From Candidatus Calescibacterium sp. (GTDB lineage Bacteria > Calescibacteriota > Calescibacteriia > Calescibacteriales > Calescibacteriaceae): a stretch of 57,280 bases of DNA. Numbering within the stretch: position 1 is the stretch's first letter; each line of letters starts with the position of its first letter. The notes under the pieces were generated by a model. That model was not told the origin of the DNA. It worked only from the letters and a program-made list of their open reading frames with translations, and searched no databases. Shown in pieces: positions 39,078-48,397 of the stretch. The DNA is taken from the NCBI GenBank assembly GCA_032249135.1, contig JAVVGL010000014.1:1-57280 (forward strand), in the 5' to 3' direction. The translations under genes and the position numbers were made by a program.

Positions 39078-40421
39078 ATGGGATTTCTTGCTTTTCCAAA
39101 TTATATTTTGAAGAGAAGAATAAAAAAATTTTTTGAGCTTCTTCCAGATAACTCTGTTGCAATCATTTTTTCTCCTTCATATAAAATAAGAAGTAATGAT
39201 GTTGAATTTAGGTTCAGACCATCAAGCAGAGTTCTTTATCTTACAGGTATAAAAGATCCGCAAGTTATTGTTGTTTTTTCAAAGAAAAAATTAAAAGACG
39301 GTATTGAAGAAAAAATCTATGTTTTTCGCAAAAAATTAACCGAAGAAGAGAAAGTTTGGATTGGAGAGGATACGCCAGAAGAAGAAATAAAATCTATTGC
39401 AGATGAAGTTTTAGATTTATCTAATTTTGAAGCAAAAATTTACGAGATACTTCAAGGAGCAAAGAACATATTTTATCCAGTTGGTGAAGAAGACCAGAAA
39501 CTTGATTTGATTATTTCTTCAAATTTCAGGAAATTGAGAGGCAGAGCAAGATATGGAATTTTGATACCGAATTTTATAAGCGATGTTGATTTGATTTTGG
39601 GGAAACTTCGCATCAAAAAAGATGATTATGAAATTAATCTTATAAAAACTGCTGTTTCTATAACTAAAAAAGCTCTTTCTGAGGTAGAAAAAAAGATAAA
39701 GCCGGGAGTTCTTGAATATGAAATAGAAGCAGAAATCATAAGATATTATAGAATTTTTGGAGGATTTGAAGCTTTCCCAACAATAGTTGCATCAGGAAAA
39801 AACTCGGTTGTTCTTCACTACTCAAAAAACTCAGATCCCGTGGGTATTCCTTGTATCGTAGATACAGGCGTAGAATTCAATTTTTATTCTTCTGATATTA
39901 CGAGAACTTTTTTGAACTACGATTTCGCATCAAATCAGAAAGAAAAGGAAAAAATAAAAATTGCTGAGGAGATAAAAAAAGGAGTTGAGAATATACAGAA
40001 AACTATAATAAGTTCTGTAAAGGAAGGAATTTCTTTTAAGGAACTGAACGATATGGCTTCTCAGCTAATTACTGATTTTCTTATTGATTTTGGTATCCTT
40101 AAAGTTGAAGCGAGTAAAGATGAAATATTGGAGAAAAAAATTTACAAAGTTTTTTATCCACATTCTATTGGTCATCATCTTGGATTAGATGTTCATGATG
40201 TATGTCAGTATTACGATGAGGATGGAAATCCTGTAAAAATTCCGGAAAAAGCTGTGATCACAATAGAACCCGGAATTTACATTCCAAACAAGGAAAAAGT
40301 TGAAGTAAAAGAAGATGGTAAAGTTTTATATGAGATCCCAATACCAGAAGTTATGAGAGGTATAGGAGTAAGAATTGAGGATGATGTGCTTGTTATGAAA
40401 AATGGATTTGAAATTTTATAG
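39078..40421 (+). CDS. pepP: Xaa-Pro aminopeptidase (M24B)
   Basis: LHY, D.G...Y.SDITRT, GHHLGLDVHD, TIEPGIY, GVRIEDD. Confidence 0.92.
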   Translation: MGFLAFPNYILKRRIKKFFELLPDNSVAIIFSPSYKIRSNDVEFRFRPSSRVLYLTGIKDPQVIVVFSKKKLKDGIEEKIYVFRKKLTEEEKVWIGEDTPEEEIKSIADEVLDLSNFEAKIYEILQGAKNIFYPVGEEDQKLDLIISSNFRKLRGRARYGILIPNFISDVDLILGKLRIKKDDYEINLIKTAVSITKKALSEVEKKIKPGVLEYEIEAEIIRYYRIFGGFEAFPTIVASGKNSVVLHYSKNSDPVGIPCIVDTGVEFNFYSSDITRTFLNYDFASNQKEKEKIKIAEEIKKGVENIQKTIISSVKEGISFKELNDMASQLITDFLIDFGILKVEASKDEILEKKIYKVFYPHSIGHHLGLDVHDVCQYYDEDGNPVKIPEKAVITIEPGIYIPNKEKVEVKEDGKVLYEIPIPEVMRGIGVRIEDDVLVMKNGFEIL

Positions 40422-40443
40422 TATTTCAATTTTATAGTATTTC
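40412..40443. repeat. 16-bp tandem duplication spanning the pepP stop codon
   Basis: AATTTTATAGTATTTC x2. Confidence 0.9.
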
Positions 40444-40459
40444 AACATCAAATAAATAG

Positions 40460-40759
40460 CTAAATTTTGTTTTTTGATTTTGAGTTCTTGATAGATCTGA
40501 CAAAATCTTCCCAAGTTTTCGCTTTTATTGCTTCTCTCTTTATCTTCTCCAATCTATTTATTTCATTTATCTTATCTAAAAGTTTCTTGATTCGCTTTGT
40601 CTTTGAAATACCGAACTTTTCTTCAATGTCCACCAAAATCGCTTTCTTTAACCCCTCCTTCAATCCTTCTTGCTTTCCCTTTTCAATACCCCTTTTTTCT
40701 CCTTCCTTCTCTCCCCATCTATAGAGGAAAGTTTTCCTTATGTCTACTTCAATTGGCAT
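40460..40759 (-). CDS. candidate in-frame small protein (RpnS-like, 99 aa) from internal start
   Basis: AGAGGT-N7-ATG at codon 216, just before the GEKEGEKRGIEKGKQEGLKEG repeats. Confidence 0.55.
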   Translation of the reverse strand: MPIEVDIRKTFLYRWGEKEGEKRGIEKGKQEGLKEGLKKAILVDIEEKFGISKTKRIKKLLDKINEINRLEKIKREAIKAKTWEDFVRSIKNSKSKNKI

Positions 40760-41404
40760 GGGTTTTACCTCTATTTTAACATCAAATAGCCCTGCTAAAA
40801 AGCTTATGCTATCTATATATTTAGCAATTTCTTTCTCATCTTTCACAATTTCTACAATTCTTTTTTTGACCTTTCTTATTATTTGGGGTTTATCTTTAAA
40901 TTTCCCAGCCAAAATCCCTAAAATAACTTCTGCGGGTTTTTCGCTTCTTATAAATACATCTGGATCTATTTTCTTCATATCCAAAACTTTGTATTTTAAA
41001 GTTAGCTTCGGAGTTTTGAACTCTGATGGTGGTGGCTTCCCTTTACCAACGAATAAAACAATTTGAGTAGGTTCCCTTTTATATTTTTCTACTATTGCGT
41101 AGTAATAGCGAAACATCCTTTTTGGTAAATTTTTATCTTGTTGAGCTTGTATTTCAACCTGGATTATTTCACCGTCAGCTTCAACTAAAATATCAGGACG
41201 AAAAGTTTTTACCAACCTTATTTCTGCCGATACAATTTTTACTTTTTTACCTATTTTTTTACCAATAGCTAAGTAATAAATTGTTCCTATTGCTTCGGAG
41301 AAAATTTCTTTTAATATCGGGTCAAACCTTTTTAACTCTTTTTTGTATATTTCATTTTCTTTCTTTTTGTTTTCCTTCTTGTTCCCTATTTTTTCATTTT
41401 TCAT
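40460..41404 (-). CDS. Rpn/YhgA-like PD-(D/E)XK nuclease (putative transposase-like family)
   Basis: FD...K, RPDIL, QVEIQ, M..Y (RMFRYY), Q.VLFVG, C-terminal (E/K)G..(E/K)G repeats. Confidence 0.8.
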   Translation of the reverse strand: MKNEKIGNKKENKKKENEIYKKELKRFDPILKEIFSEAIGTIYYLAIGKKIGKKVKIVSAEIRLVKTFRPDILVEADGEIIQVEIQAQQDKNLPKRMFRYYYAIVEKYKREPTQIVLFVGKGKPPPSEFKTPKLTLKYKVLDMKKIDPDVFIRSEKPAEVILGILAGKFKDKPQIIRKVKKRIVEIVKDEKEIAKYIDSISFLAGLFDVKIEVKPMPIEVDIRKTFLYRWGEKEGEKRGIEKGKQEGLKEGLKKAILVDIEEKFGISKTKRIKKLLDKINEINRLEKIKREAIKAKTWEDFVRSIKNSKSKNKI

Positions 41405-41428
41405 ACTAACCTGTTTTTCATTTTTTCC

Positions 41429-42631
41429 TTAATTATTTTTCAGACCTATTGAGCAAAGTATCTCATAGGTTATTTTCCCAGTTTTTTCTGCTATGTCATA
41501 CACTGTGATACCATCTTCTACCCCTAAAATTATGACCTCATCTCCTGGGTAAAGTTCCACATTTTCGCATAAAACTGCGGTCATATCCATAGAAATAACT
41601 CCTACTATTTTTAGTTTTTTACCTTTGGCATAGACGACACCGTTTTCCCACCATGCCCGAGGTAGTCCATCAGAGTATCCTATGTTCAGTATAGCTATTT
41701 TTGATTCTTTTTCTGCGATGAATTTTCGTGAGTATCCTACCGACCATCCTTTTGGTATTTTTTTTGTGGATATAACCTTTGTTTTTACCGAAAGTACTGG
41801 TTCAAGTTCAAATTTTTTATTTTTGCCAAAAGGTGATATACCGTATAGAGCTATTCCAGGTCTTGTGAAATCAAAGTGTGCATCTTCAAGTTCAATCGTC
41901 GCTGCTGAGTTGGAAAGGGTTTTTAGGAGTTTTTTGCCAAGAGATTTTTCAATAAATGAGGTCATTTCTGAAAAACTTTTTATTTGCTCCGAAACAAATT
42001 TTTTATCTTCCAAATCTGAGTATGCAAAATGAGATATTGCTCCAATTATAAGATTTTCTGCTTTTTCAGACTTTATAAGTTCTAATGCTTTTGGTAATTC
42101 TTCTCTCAGTATTCCAAGTCTCCCCATACCTGTATCTAATTTGATAAAAAGGTTTTTTATTCTTCTTTTGATCTTTGATACAAGGTCATAAAAATCTCTT
42201 ACAACTATCCAAAGATTATTTTTTTGACAAAATTCATCTTCATCATCTGAGAAAGTTCCTTTCATAACAAGAATATTTTTTTGAGATATTTTTCTTACTT
42301 TTTCTGCTTCCTCAACAAGTGCAACACACCACCCATCAGCAAAATTTTCAATTGCACTTACTACATTTGTTATTCCGTGCCCGTAAGCTTCCGATTTGAC
42401 AACCGGGAAAATTTTTGAACCTTTTTTGAGCCTTGATTTCAAAAATTCAATATTTTTTTTGAGGTTAATGATGTTTATTTCTACCATTTTTCCCTTTTCT
42501 ACTTTTCTTATTATTGATTCTCCTTTGTTTTCTTCGGATAATTCTTTATCTACTAATTTTTTATCTGGTGGTTCCAAATCTTTTTTTGTCAAACCATCCT
42601 CCTCTCTTTCTTTACTTGAAGTTTTTGACAT
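41429..42631 (-). CDS. alr: alanine racemase (start uncertain)
   Basis: VVKSEAYGHG (PLP Lys), KLDTGMGRLG, SHF, RPGIALYG, VGYS, GYSDG, SMDM. Confidence 0.94.
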   Translation of the reverse strand: MSKTSSKEREEDGLTKKDLEPPDKKLVDKELSEENKGESIIRKVEKGKMVEINIINLKKNIEFLKSRLKKGSKIFPVVKSEAYGHGITNVVSAIENFADGWCVALVEEAEKVRKISQKNILVMKGTFSDDEDEFCQKNNLWIVVRDFYDLVSKIKRRIKNLFIKLDTGMGRLGILREELPKALELIKSEKAENLIIGAISHFAYSDLEDKKFVSEQIKSFSEMTSFIEKSLGKKLLKTLSNSAATIELEDAHFDFTRPGIALYGISPFGKNKKFELEPVLSVKTKVISTKKIPKGWSVGYSRKFIAEKESKIAILNIGYSDGLPRAWWENGVVYAKGKKLKIVGVISMDMTAVLCENVELYPGDEVIILGVEDGITVYDIAEKTGKITYEILCSIGLKNN

Positions 42632-42732
42632 AGTTAAATAGATTTTACAAAAGCTCTTCATATAAAGAACTAATGCAAAAAATTCGAACCATTTGAATAG
42701 CAATCAAAAGTTGTATATAATTTTCTTAATAT

Positions 42733-43206
42733 ATGATTTTTATCTCAATAGAGAGGCAGAGGCTTTACCTCATAAAAGATGAAAAGATAGTAAAAGAGTA
42801 TCCAATCTCAACTTCAAAATATGGCAAGGGAAATGAGCTCGGCTCTGAAAAAACCCCAACAGGAATCCATAGAATTTACAAAAAAATAGGTGGTGGTATG
42901 CCGGAAGATACATACTTTATAGGAAGAATTCCATACTCAAAGGAGGAAGCAGAGAGAAAATTTGGTCAGATAAAGGATAAAATAACTGCAAGAGTAATAT
43001 GGCTTGAAGGTTGTGAAGAAGGAATAAATAAAGGTAAAAATGAGGAGGGAAAAATCGTAGATACAAAAGAAAGATTTATATACATTCACGGAACCCCAGA
43101 CGATATATCAACTCCTTCATCAAGGGGCTGCATAAGAATGGCAAACAAAGATATAATAGAGCTATTTGAGCTCGTAGAAGAGGGAGAACTCGTGATTATA
43201 TTCTGA
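42733..43206 (+). CDS. L,D-transpeptidase (YkuD domain)
   Basis: YPIST, TPTG, IYIHGT, SRGCIRM. Confidence 0.92.
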   Translation: MIFISIERQRLYLIKDEKIVKEYPISTSKYGKGNELGSEKTPTGIHRIYKKIGGGMPEDTYFIGRIPYSKEEAERKFGQIKDKITARVIWLEGCEEGINKGKNEEGKIVDTKERFIYIHGTPDDISTPSSRGCIRMANKDIIELFELVEEGELVIIF

Positions 43207-43325
43207 TCCTTTTCAGGAAAAAATAATTGCGAAAGAAAGATGGTTATAATATAAAAAAAATTATTTTATTTATTAAAAAAAATTTATTATTTTAAAATAA
43301 AGCAAGAAAAATTAAAATTAAAAAA

Positions 43326-43685
43326 GGAACAGGGGGAAAAAATTATGCTGGTAAGCTTAGATAAAAAATACAAAGCATTTGTTTTTGATTGGAAGCTTTC
43401 ATGGAAGTTCTTTGAAAAGTACCTCAAACAAAAAGAGGGAATAAGAGAGAAACCTCTTATATCCCAGAAAAGATACGAGATGATGGCTTTTGTGAAAAGA
43501 ACTTTAAATGACAACAAAATAAGATTTATAACATCAAAAGATATACAAAAAGTAAGAGAAGTTCTTATGAGCAGCGCAGGAGATAATAAATTTTACCAGA
43601 AAGCTTCCGAGGCATTCATAAATTTCCTCAAAAATTTCTTGGAGTAAAAAAAGATAAAGTTCTAAACCAAAAATCCCCCTGTTCC
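43326..43685. repeat. perfect 12-bp inverted repeat enclosing the 100-aa ORF
   Basis: GGAACAGGGGGA (43326-43337) / TCCCCCTGTTCC (43674-43685). Confidence 0.85.
43345..43647 (+). CDS. hypothetical protein, weak resemblance to integrase N-terminal SAM-like/core-binding domain
   Basis: AGGGGG RBS, codon style like neighbours; helical pattern F..YL...KIRFITSKDIQKV...F.NFL. Confidence 0.65.
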   Translation: MLVSLDKKYKAFVFDWKLSWKFFEKYLKQKEGIREKPLISQKRYEMMAFVKRTLNDNKIRFITSKDIQKVREVLMSSAGDNKFYQKASEAFINFLKNFLE

Positions 43686-43716
43686 CAAAGAAAATAAAAG
43701 GAGGCGTAGTAGCAGA

Positions 43717-45006
43717 ATGGTAGAAATAAACCAAACAACAGCTCTGGAAAAAATAAGAGTATGGAAAGTTGATGGATTTGAAGGAGTCGTAGCCCCTCTA
43801 CTTTTGAAAAATGATCCATCTTTGAAATCTTATATTGAAAGTGGGGGATATAAAGCCCTTGAAAAAGCTCTTTCTATGAAGCCAGAAGATGTTATAGAAG
43901 AGGTGAAAAAATCTGGGTTGAGGGGTAGAGGAGGTGCAGGATTTCCAACAGGAGTAAAATGGAGTTTCATGCCAAAGGATGCACCGAGAAAATTTTTAGT
44001 TTGCAACGCTGATGAAGGAGAACCTGCAACATTCAAAGACAGATATATCATAACTTATGCTCCTCATCTTCTTCTTGAAGGCATGATGATATCCGGATAC
44101 GCAATTGGCACAAGAGAGCTTTTCATATACATAAGAGGAGAATACTGGTATGAAGCTGAAATTTTAAAAAGAGCAATAGAGGAAGCAACGGAGTTCGTAA
44201 AAAGTAAATTCAATTTTGATGTCAGCATAAAGCTTATGCGAGGCGCAGGAGCTTACATAGTTGGGGAAGAAACTGCTCTTTTGAACTCTCTCGAAGGGAA
44301 AAGAGGACACCCAAGACCTCGTCCTCCATATCCTGCACAAAAAGGATATTTAGGCTACCCTACATGTGTCAATAATGTTGAAACACTAGCTTATGTTCCA
44401 TTTATAATAGATAGAGGTGCTGACTGGTTCAGAAGCATAGGAACAGAAAAAAGCACAGGTCCAAAGCTCTTTTGTATATCGGGTAATGTGAAAAGACCTG
44501 GTCTATATGAACTCCCCATGGGTTTCCCGTTGAAAAAGTTGATAGAACTTGCAGGTGGAACAGATTGTGGGAAAAGTATAAAAGCGGTAATACCCGGCGG
44601 GACATCGGCTCCTCCACTCACACCGGACGAGGTAGAAAAAGCAACTCTTGATTTTGAAAGTATAGCAAGTTTTGGTTCATTTTTAGGAACAGCTTCTGTG
44701 GTCGTTATATGTGAGTGTGAAAATATAGCAAGAGTTGGTCGTATTATGGCGAAATTCTATGCGGAAGAATCATGTGGTCAATGTACAACTTGTAGAGAAG
44801 GAACAAGATTTATAGAGTATCTTTTTGAGAAAATAGAACATGGTTTTGGGACAGAAAAAGATGTGGAAACTTTAAGGGATGTATCTTCTCACCTTCCGGG
44901 CTCAGCGATATGTGCGCATGTTGATGCGGGATCTTTACCTGCAAAAAAAATAGCCTTCGCATTTGCAAAGGAGATTTATGAACAGATAAAAAAAACAGAA
45001 ATGTAA
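43717..45006 (+). CDS. nuoF: NADH-quinone oxidoreductase subunit F
   Basis: GLRGRGGAGFPTG.KW, NADEGEP, GAGAYIVGEETAL, ESCGQCTTCREG...IC. Confidence 0.92.
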   Translation: MVEINQTTALEKIRVWKVDGFEGVVAPLLLKNDPSLKSYIESGGYKALEKALSMKPEDVIEEVKKSGLRGRGGAGFPTGVKWSFMPKDAPRKFLVCNADEGEPATFKDRYIITYAPHLLLEGMMISGYAIGTRELFIYIRGEYWYEAEILKRAIEEATEFVKSKFNFDVSIKLMRGAGAYIVGEETALLNSLEGKRGHPRPRPPYPAQKGYLGYPTCVNNVETLAYVPFIIDRGADWFRSIGTEKSTGPKLFCISGNVKRPGLYELPMGFPLKKLIELAGGTDCGKSIKAVIPGGTSAPPLTPDEVEKATLDFESIASFGSFLGTASVVVICECENIARVGRIMAKFYAEESCGQCTTCREGTRFIEYLFEKIEHGFGTEKDVETLRDVSSHLPGSAICAHVDAGSLPAKKIAFAFAKEIYEQIKKTEM

Positions 45007-45020
45007 AATTGTATTATAAT

Positions 45021-45052
45021 AAAAATTATTAAGTAAAAAAATTATTAAGTAA
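45021..45052. repeat. 16-bp intergenic tandem duplication
   Basis: AAAAATTATTAAGTAA x2. Confidence 0.8.
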
Positions 45053-45108
45053 AAAAAGAGTAAAAAAGAAACAGTGAATAAAAGAGAGAGAAAGAGAGGT
45101 ACAAAAAG

Positions 45109-46599
45109 ATGGGGGAGGCAGAAAAAAAACAAGATTTTGGAGAAAAAGAATTACCAAAAGATATACAGCATGAAATAAAGCAAGAGCTAATCTCTGAAAT
45201 AGAAAAGAAGAGAACAGATCAAGGGCAGGAAATATTTATAGAGGATTTGCCGTACTGGACACGGGTTGCAATATTAGAAGATGGAAAAACCTTTGAAATA
45301 CTTTTAGACCTACACGACGGGCGAGATAATTTTTCGGCCGGAAACATATACAAGGGAAAAATTGTTGATGTGGTCCCATCTATGCAAGCAGTATTTATCA
45401 ATATCGGATCGGAAAAAAACGCTTATCTTTTTGTACCATCAAAGAACAAGATTGAAAAATATAAATCTGGGGATGAAATAATAGTTCAGATAAAGAAAGA
45501 AAGTATAGATAGTAAAGGAGCCAAAGTTTCTGACAATCCAACTATACCCGGCAAATATGTAGTGCTCACTATGGAAAAAAAGTTAGGAATTTCAAAAAAG
45601 ATATTATCGCATGCTGAAAAAGCAAGAATAAGGAAGATTTTAGCGAAGCTTGAAAGTAAAATCAAGGATGAAGAAATAGGAATAGTAGCGAGAACAGAAG
45701 CTCAAGACACACCAGAAGAGCTAATAGAAGAAGATTTTGAAAGGTTGCTCAAAGTTTATTATGAAATGAAGGAAAAAATTAAAAATCTACCCGCTCCTGC
45801 CTTATTGTGGTCAGACTCTGACATAATAAGAAAAGCAATAAGAGATTATTCTTCACCAAGACTTAAAAGAGTTGTTTCAAACTCAGAAGAAAAACTAAAA
45901 AAAGCTCAGGAATACATTAAAGAGTTTATTCCTGGGATATATGAGAATGTAAAATTTGAACTTTCAGATTACCCTTTTGTTTTCCAAAAATATGGAATTG
46001 AGGAAGATTTCCAGAATGCGCTAAAAGATGAAATAGAAATAGAAGGTGGAATAAAACTAATCTTTAACGAAACAGAAGCATTTACAGCAATTGATGTAAA
46101 TACCGCATCATTTACAGGGACAGAAAGTTTAGACATAACCGCATATCAGGCGAACATCATATCAGCGAAGGAAATAATAAGGCAACTGAGACTAAGAAAA
46201 ATTGGCGGAATAATAATAGTTGATTTCATAGATATAAAAGGTCAAAAACTTAAAAAGAAATTTTTCTCGGAAATAAAGCGAATAATAGAAAAAGATAAAG
46301 AGAGGACAAAAGTTTTTGGTATAACAAAACTTGGACTTGTTGAGATATCAAGAAAGAAATCTGGACACAGCCTCAAAAAAATTCTGATGTCAAAGTGTCC
46401 GACTTGCGGGAACGGATATGTCCATTCTGACATACTAAAAATACACGAGACTATTTTGCAGATATCCAAGTATCAGGATAAGATAGTAAAGGTTTCCCCA
46501 GAAAACTTCAAAACATTAGATGATATAGTTAAAAAACTGAAATTGAATGTCAGATTGCAACCAAAGTATGGACTTGAAAAATGGGAAGTATCAATCTGA
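45109..46599 (+). CDS. rng: Rne/Rng family ribonuclease (RNase G-like)
   Basis: S1 domain GNIYKG, IDVNT, RQLRLR.IGGIIIVDFID, CPTC. Confidence 0.9.
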   Translation: MGEAEKKQDFGEKELPKDIQHEIKQELISEIEKKRTDQGQEIFIEDLPYWTRVAILEDGKTFEILLDLHDGRDNFSAGNIYKGKIVDVVPSMQAVFINIGSEKNAYLFVPSKNKIEKYKSGDEIIVQIKKESIDSKGAKVSDNPTIPGKYVVLTMEKKLGISKKILSHAEKARIRKILAKLESKIKDEEIGIVARTEAQDTPEELIEEDFERLLKVYYEMKEKIKNLPAPALLWSDSDIIRKAIRDYSSPRLKRVVSNSEEKLKKAQEYIKEFIPGIYENVKFELSDYPFVFQKYGIEEDFQNALKDEIEIEGGIKLIFNETEAFTAIDVNTASFTGTESLDITAYQANIISAKEIIRQLRLRKIGGIIIVDFIDIKGQKLKKKFFSEIKRIIEKDKERTKVFGITKLGLVEISRKKSGHSLKKILMSKCPTCGNGYVHSDILKIHETILQISKYQDKIVKVSPENFKTLDDIVKKLKLNVRLQPKYGLEKWEVSI

Positions 46600-46679
46600 A
46601 ATTTAAAATTTTAAAATAAAAGAAGAATAAGAAAATAGAAAAAACAATAAGAAAAATAGAAAAAACAAAGAAAAAAAAG

Positions 46680-48368
46680 ATGATGAGTAAATTGACCGGA
46701 TATAAATCAAAATTTATATTATCAATAGCAATAATAATAAGTAATATATCTTTTTTTCTTATAAGTTGTGGACAAAAAAAAGAAGATCAGCTCCAAGTTA
46801 ATTTCTCTGTACTAGTTTGCCCAACATTACAAATATTATCCGCAGGTAGGCTGCAAGGCGGTGGAGTAATTATTCAATGCACATCTAATGCGGCTCAGAT
46901 AACACAAGATCAAGCCATTATATTCTGGACAGACGGAGAAATATCTTTAGCTCCAATAGAAAATGGAAGAGTAAATCCAAATAAAAAACAACCTATTATA
47001 TCAACAAAATCTTTCATAACAGAAAATGATGAAATATTGGGTAAATATGAATCAAAAGGAGCAGAAAAAATTGTTTTCAATCGTAATGTAACTACCGCAG
47101 ATTTTACAATTTCATCTTTCATCCCAAAAGACAGAGGAATAAATCGCTTCATATTCAAACCTCTTTTCCAAGAAGCTTTAAGATCAGCTGGGATATCGGA
47201 TGTGGAATTAGAATTCCCAAAAGATATAGTTTTAATTTCTACCTACCTTAACACAAAAAACTTATCATACATTATTTTTCCAATATTTGAAGAAACTTTT
47301 ATAGGATTTCAGGAAGCCGTAAAAGTGAAAGAGATTACATTGAATTTCCCAGATAATATATCATACGCAAGAGTATATTTGCCAATTTCTAACCCTACAC
47401 TAATTTTTTTAGCACCGATAGCTCCTACAATTTTACCTGATCTGAACTTGTCGGAGCTTTTGCATATCATTCCCCAAAAAGAGTACTATGAGATAAATCC
47501 CGAAAAGGGAGATAAAGTTCCTATATTTTTGTCGCAAATCAGAGAAAATATACTAATAATTGCAAGATCAGAAGACGGAAGAATTTTCAAAGGTAATATA
47601 AACAAAAGACTTGACTCTCCTGTTGATATGGCTATTTTACCTCCACGCGAAGGTGATTTAGATTCAAAAATAAATTTTATTTTCCCCAAAGAAAATACTC
47701 AAAAAATCTTTAATTTGCAAATTTTCTCCGGATCTCTGAATGGATTGATTTTAATTTGGGATGGGCAAGCATCAATAACAAATTATTCTCTTCCAATATC
47801 TATCCCAAAAGACTTAATTTCAGATTTAGACTTTTATTATCTTAAAGCCCAATATGAAGAAACAAAAGAAGATGACAAATTTTTAATATCGGAAAAATTG
47901 GAAAACTATATACCAAGCTCTTCTCCTTACATATCTTACAGTCTAAAAACACTCAGAAAAGAGAGCTTTGTATTACAGATAAGAGAAATAGGCTCAAAAA
48001 TAGATATTTCGTGGAGAATACCATCTGAAATACCAGTAGATGATCTTCCTTTGAGTCAAGGTGAAGTTTTTCCAGAGTGTCTCACAGCAAAGGGATTAGC
48101 TTTATTCATAACTAAAAAATGCTTTACTCCGTCAATACAAATAGTAGCAGAAGATGATAGCGGAAACTTTGTAGCAATATGGAAAATAACAGGTTTATAC
48201 GAGAAAAATGGAGTAATTTTACCCAACTTTATTTCAAAAGAGAATATCTACGATATAACAGGGGAAATAGCACCGGAATTGAAAATCAAAAAAATAGTTC
48301 TAAATTTTTCCTTATTTACGGGTTCAAAACTTTTTGTATATGAACAGAAATTAGAACCAAAAAAGTAA
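46680..48368 (+). CDS. hypothetical lipoprotein
   Basis: 562-aa ORF, signal with LISC lipobox, beta-rich; no recognised motif. Confidence 0.65.
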   Translation: MMSKLTGYKSKFILSIAIIISNISFFLISCGQKKEDQLQVNFSVLVCPTLQILSAGRLQGGGVIIQCTSNAAQITQDQAIIFWTDGEISLAPIENGRVNPNKKQPIISTKSFITENDEILGKYESKGAEKIVFNRNVTTADFTISSFIPKDRGINRFIFKPLFQEALRSAGISDVELEFPKDIVLISTYLNTKNLSYIIFPIFEETFIGFQEAVKVKEITLNFPDNISYARVYLPISNPTLIFLAPIAPTILPDLNLSELLHIIPQKEYYEINPEKGDKVPIFLSQIRENILIIARSEDGRIFKGNINKRLDSPVDMAILPPREGDLDSKINFIFPKENTQKIFNLQIFSGSLNGLILIWDGQASITNYSLPISIPKDLISDLDFYYLKAQYEETKEDDKFLISEKLENYIPSSSPYISYSLKTLRKESFVLQIREIGSKIDISWRIPSEIPVDDLPLSQGEVFPECLTAKGLALFITKKCFTPSIQIVAEDDSGNFVAIWKITGLYEKNGVILPNFISKENIYDITGEIAPELKIKKIVLNFSLFTGSKLFVYEQKLEPKK

Positions 48369-48397
48369 AAGAACAATTGAAAGCGAAATAGCTAAAA

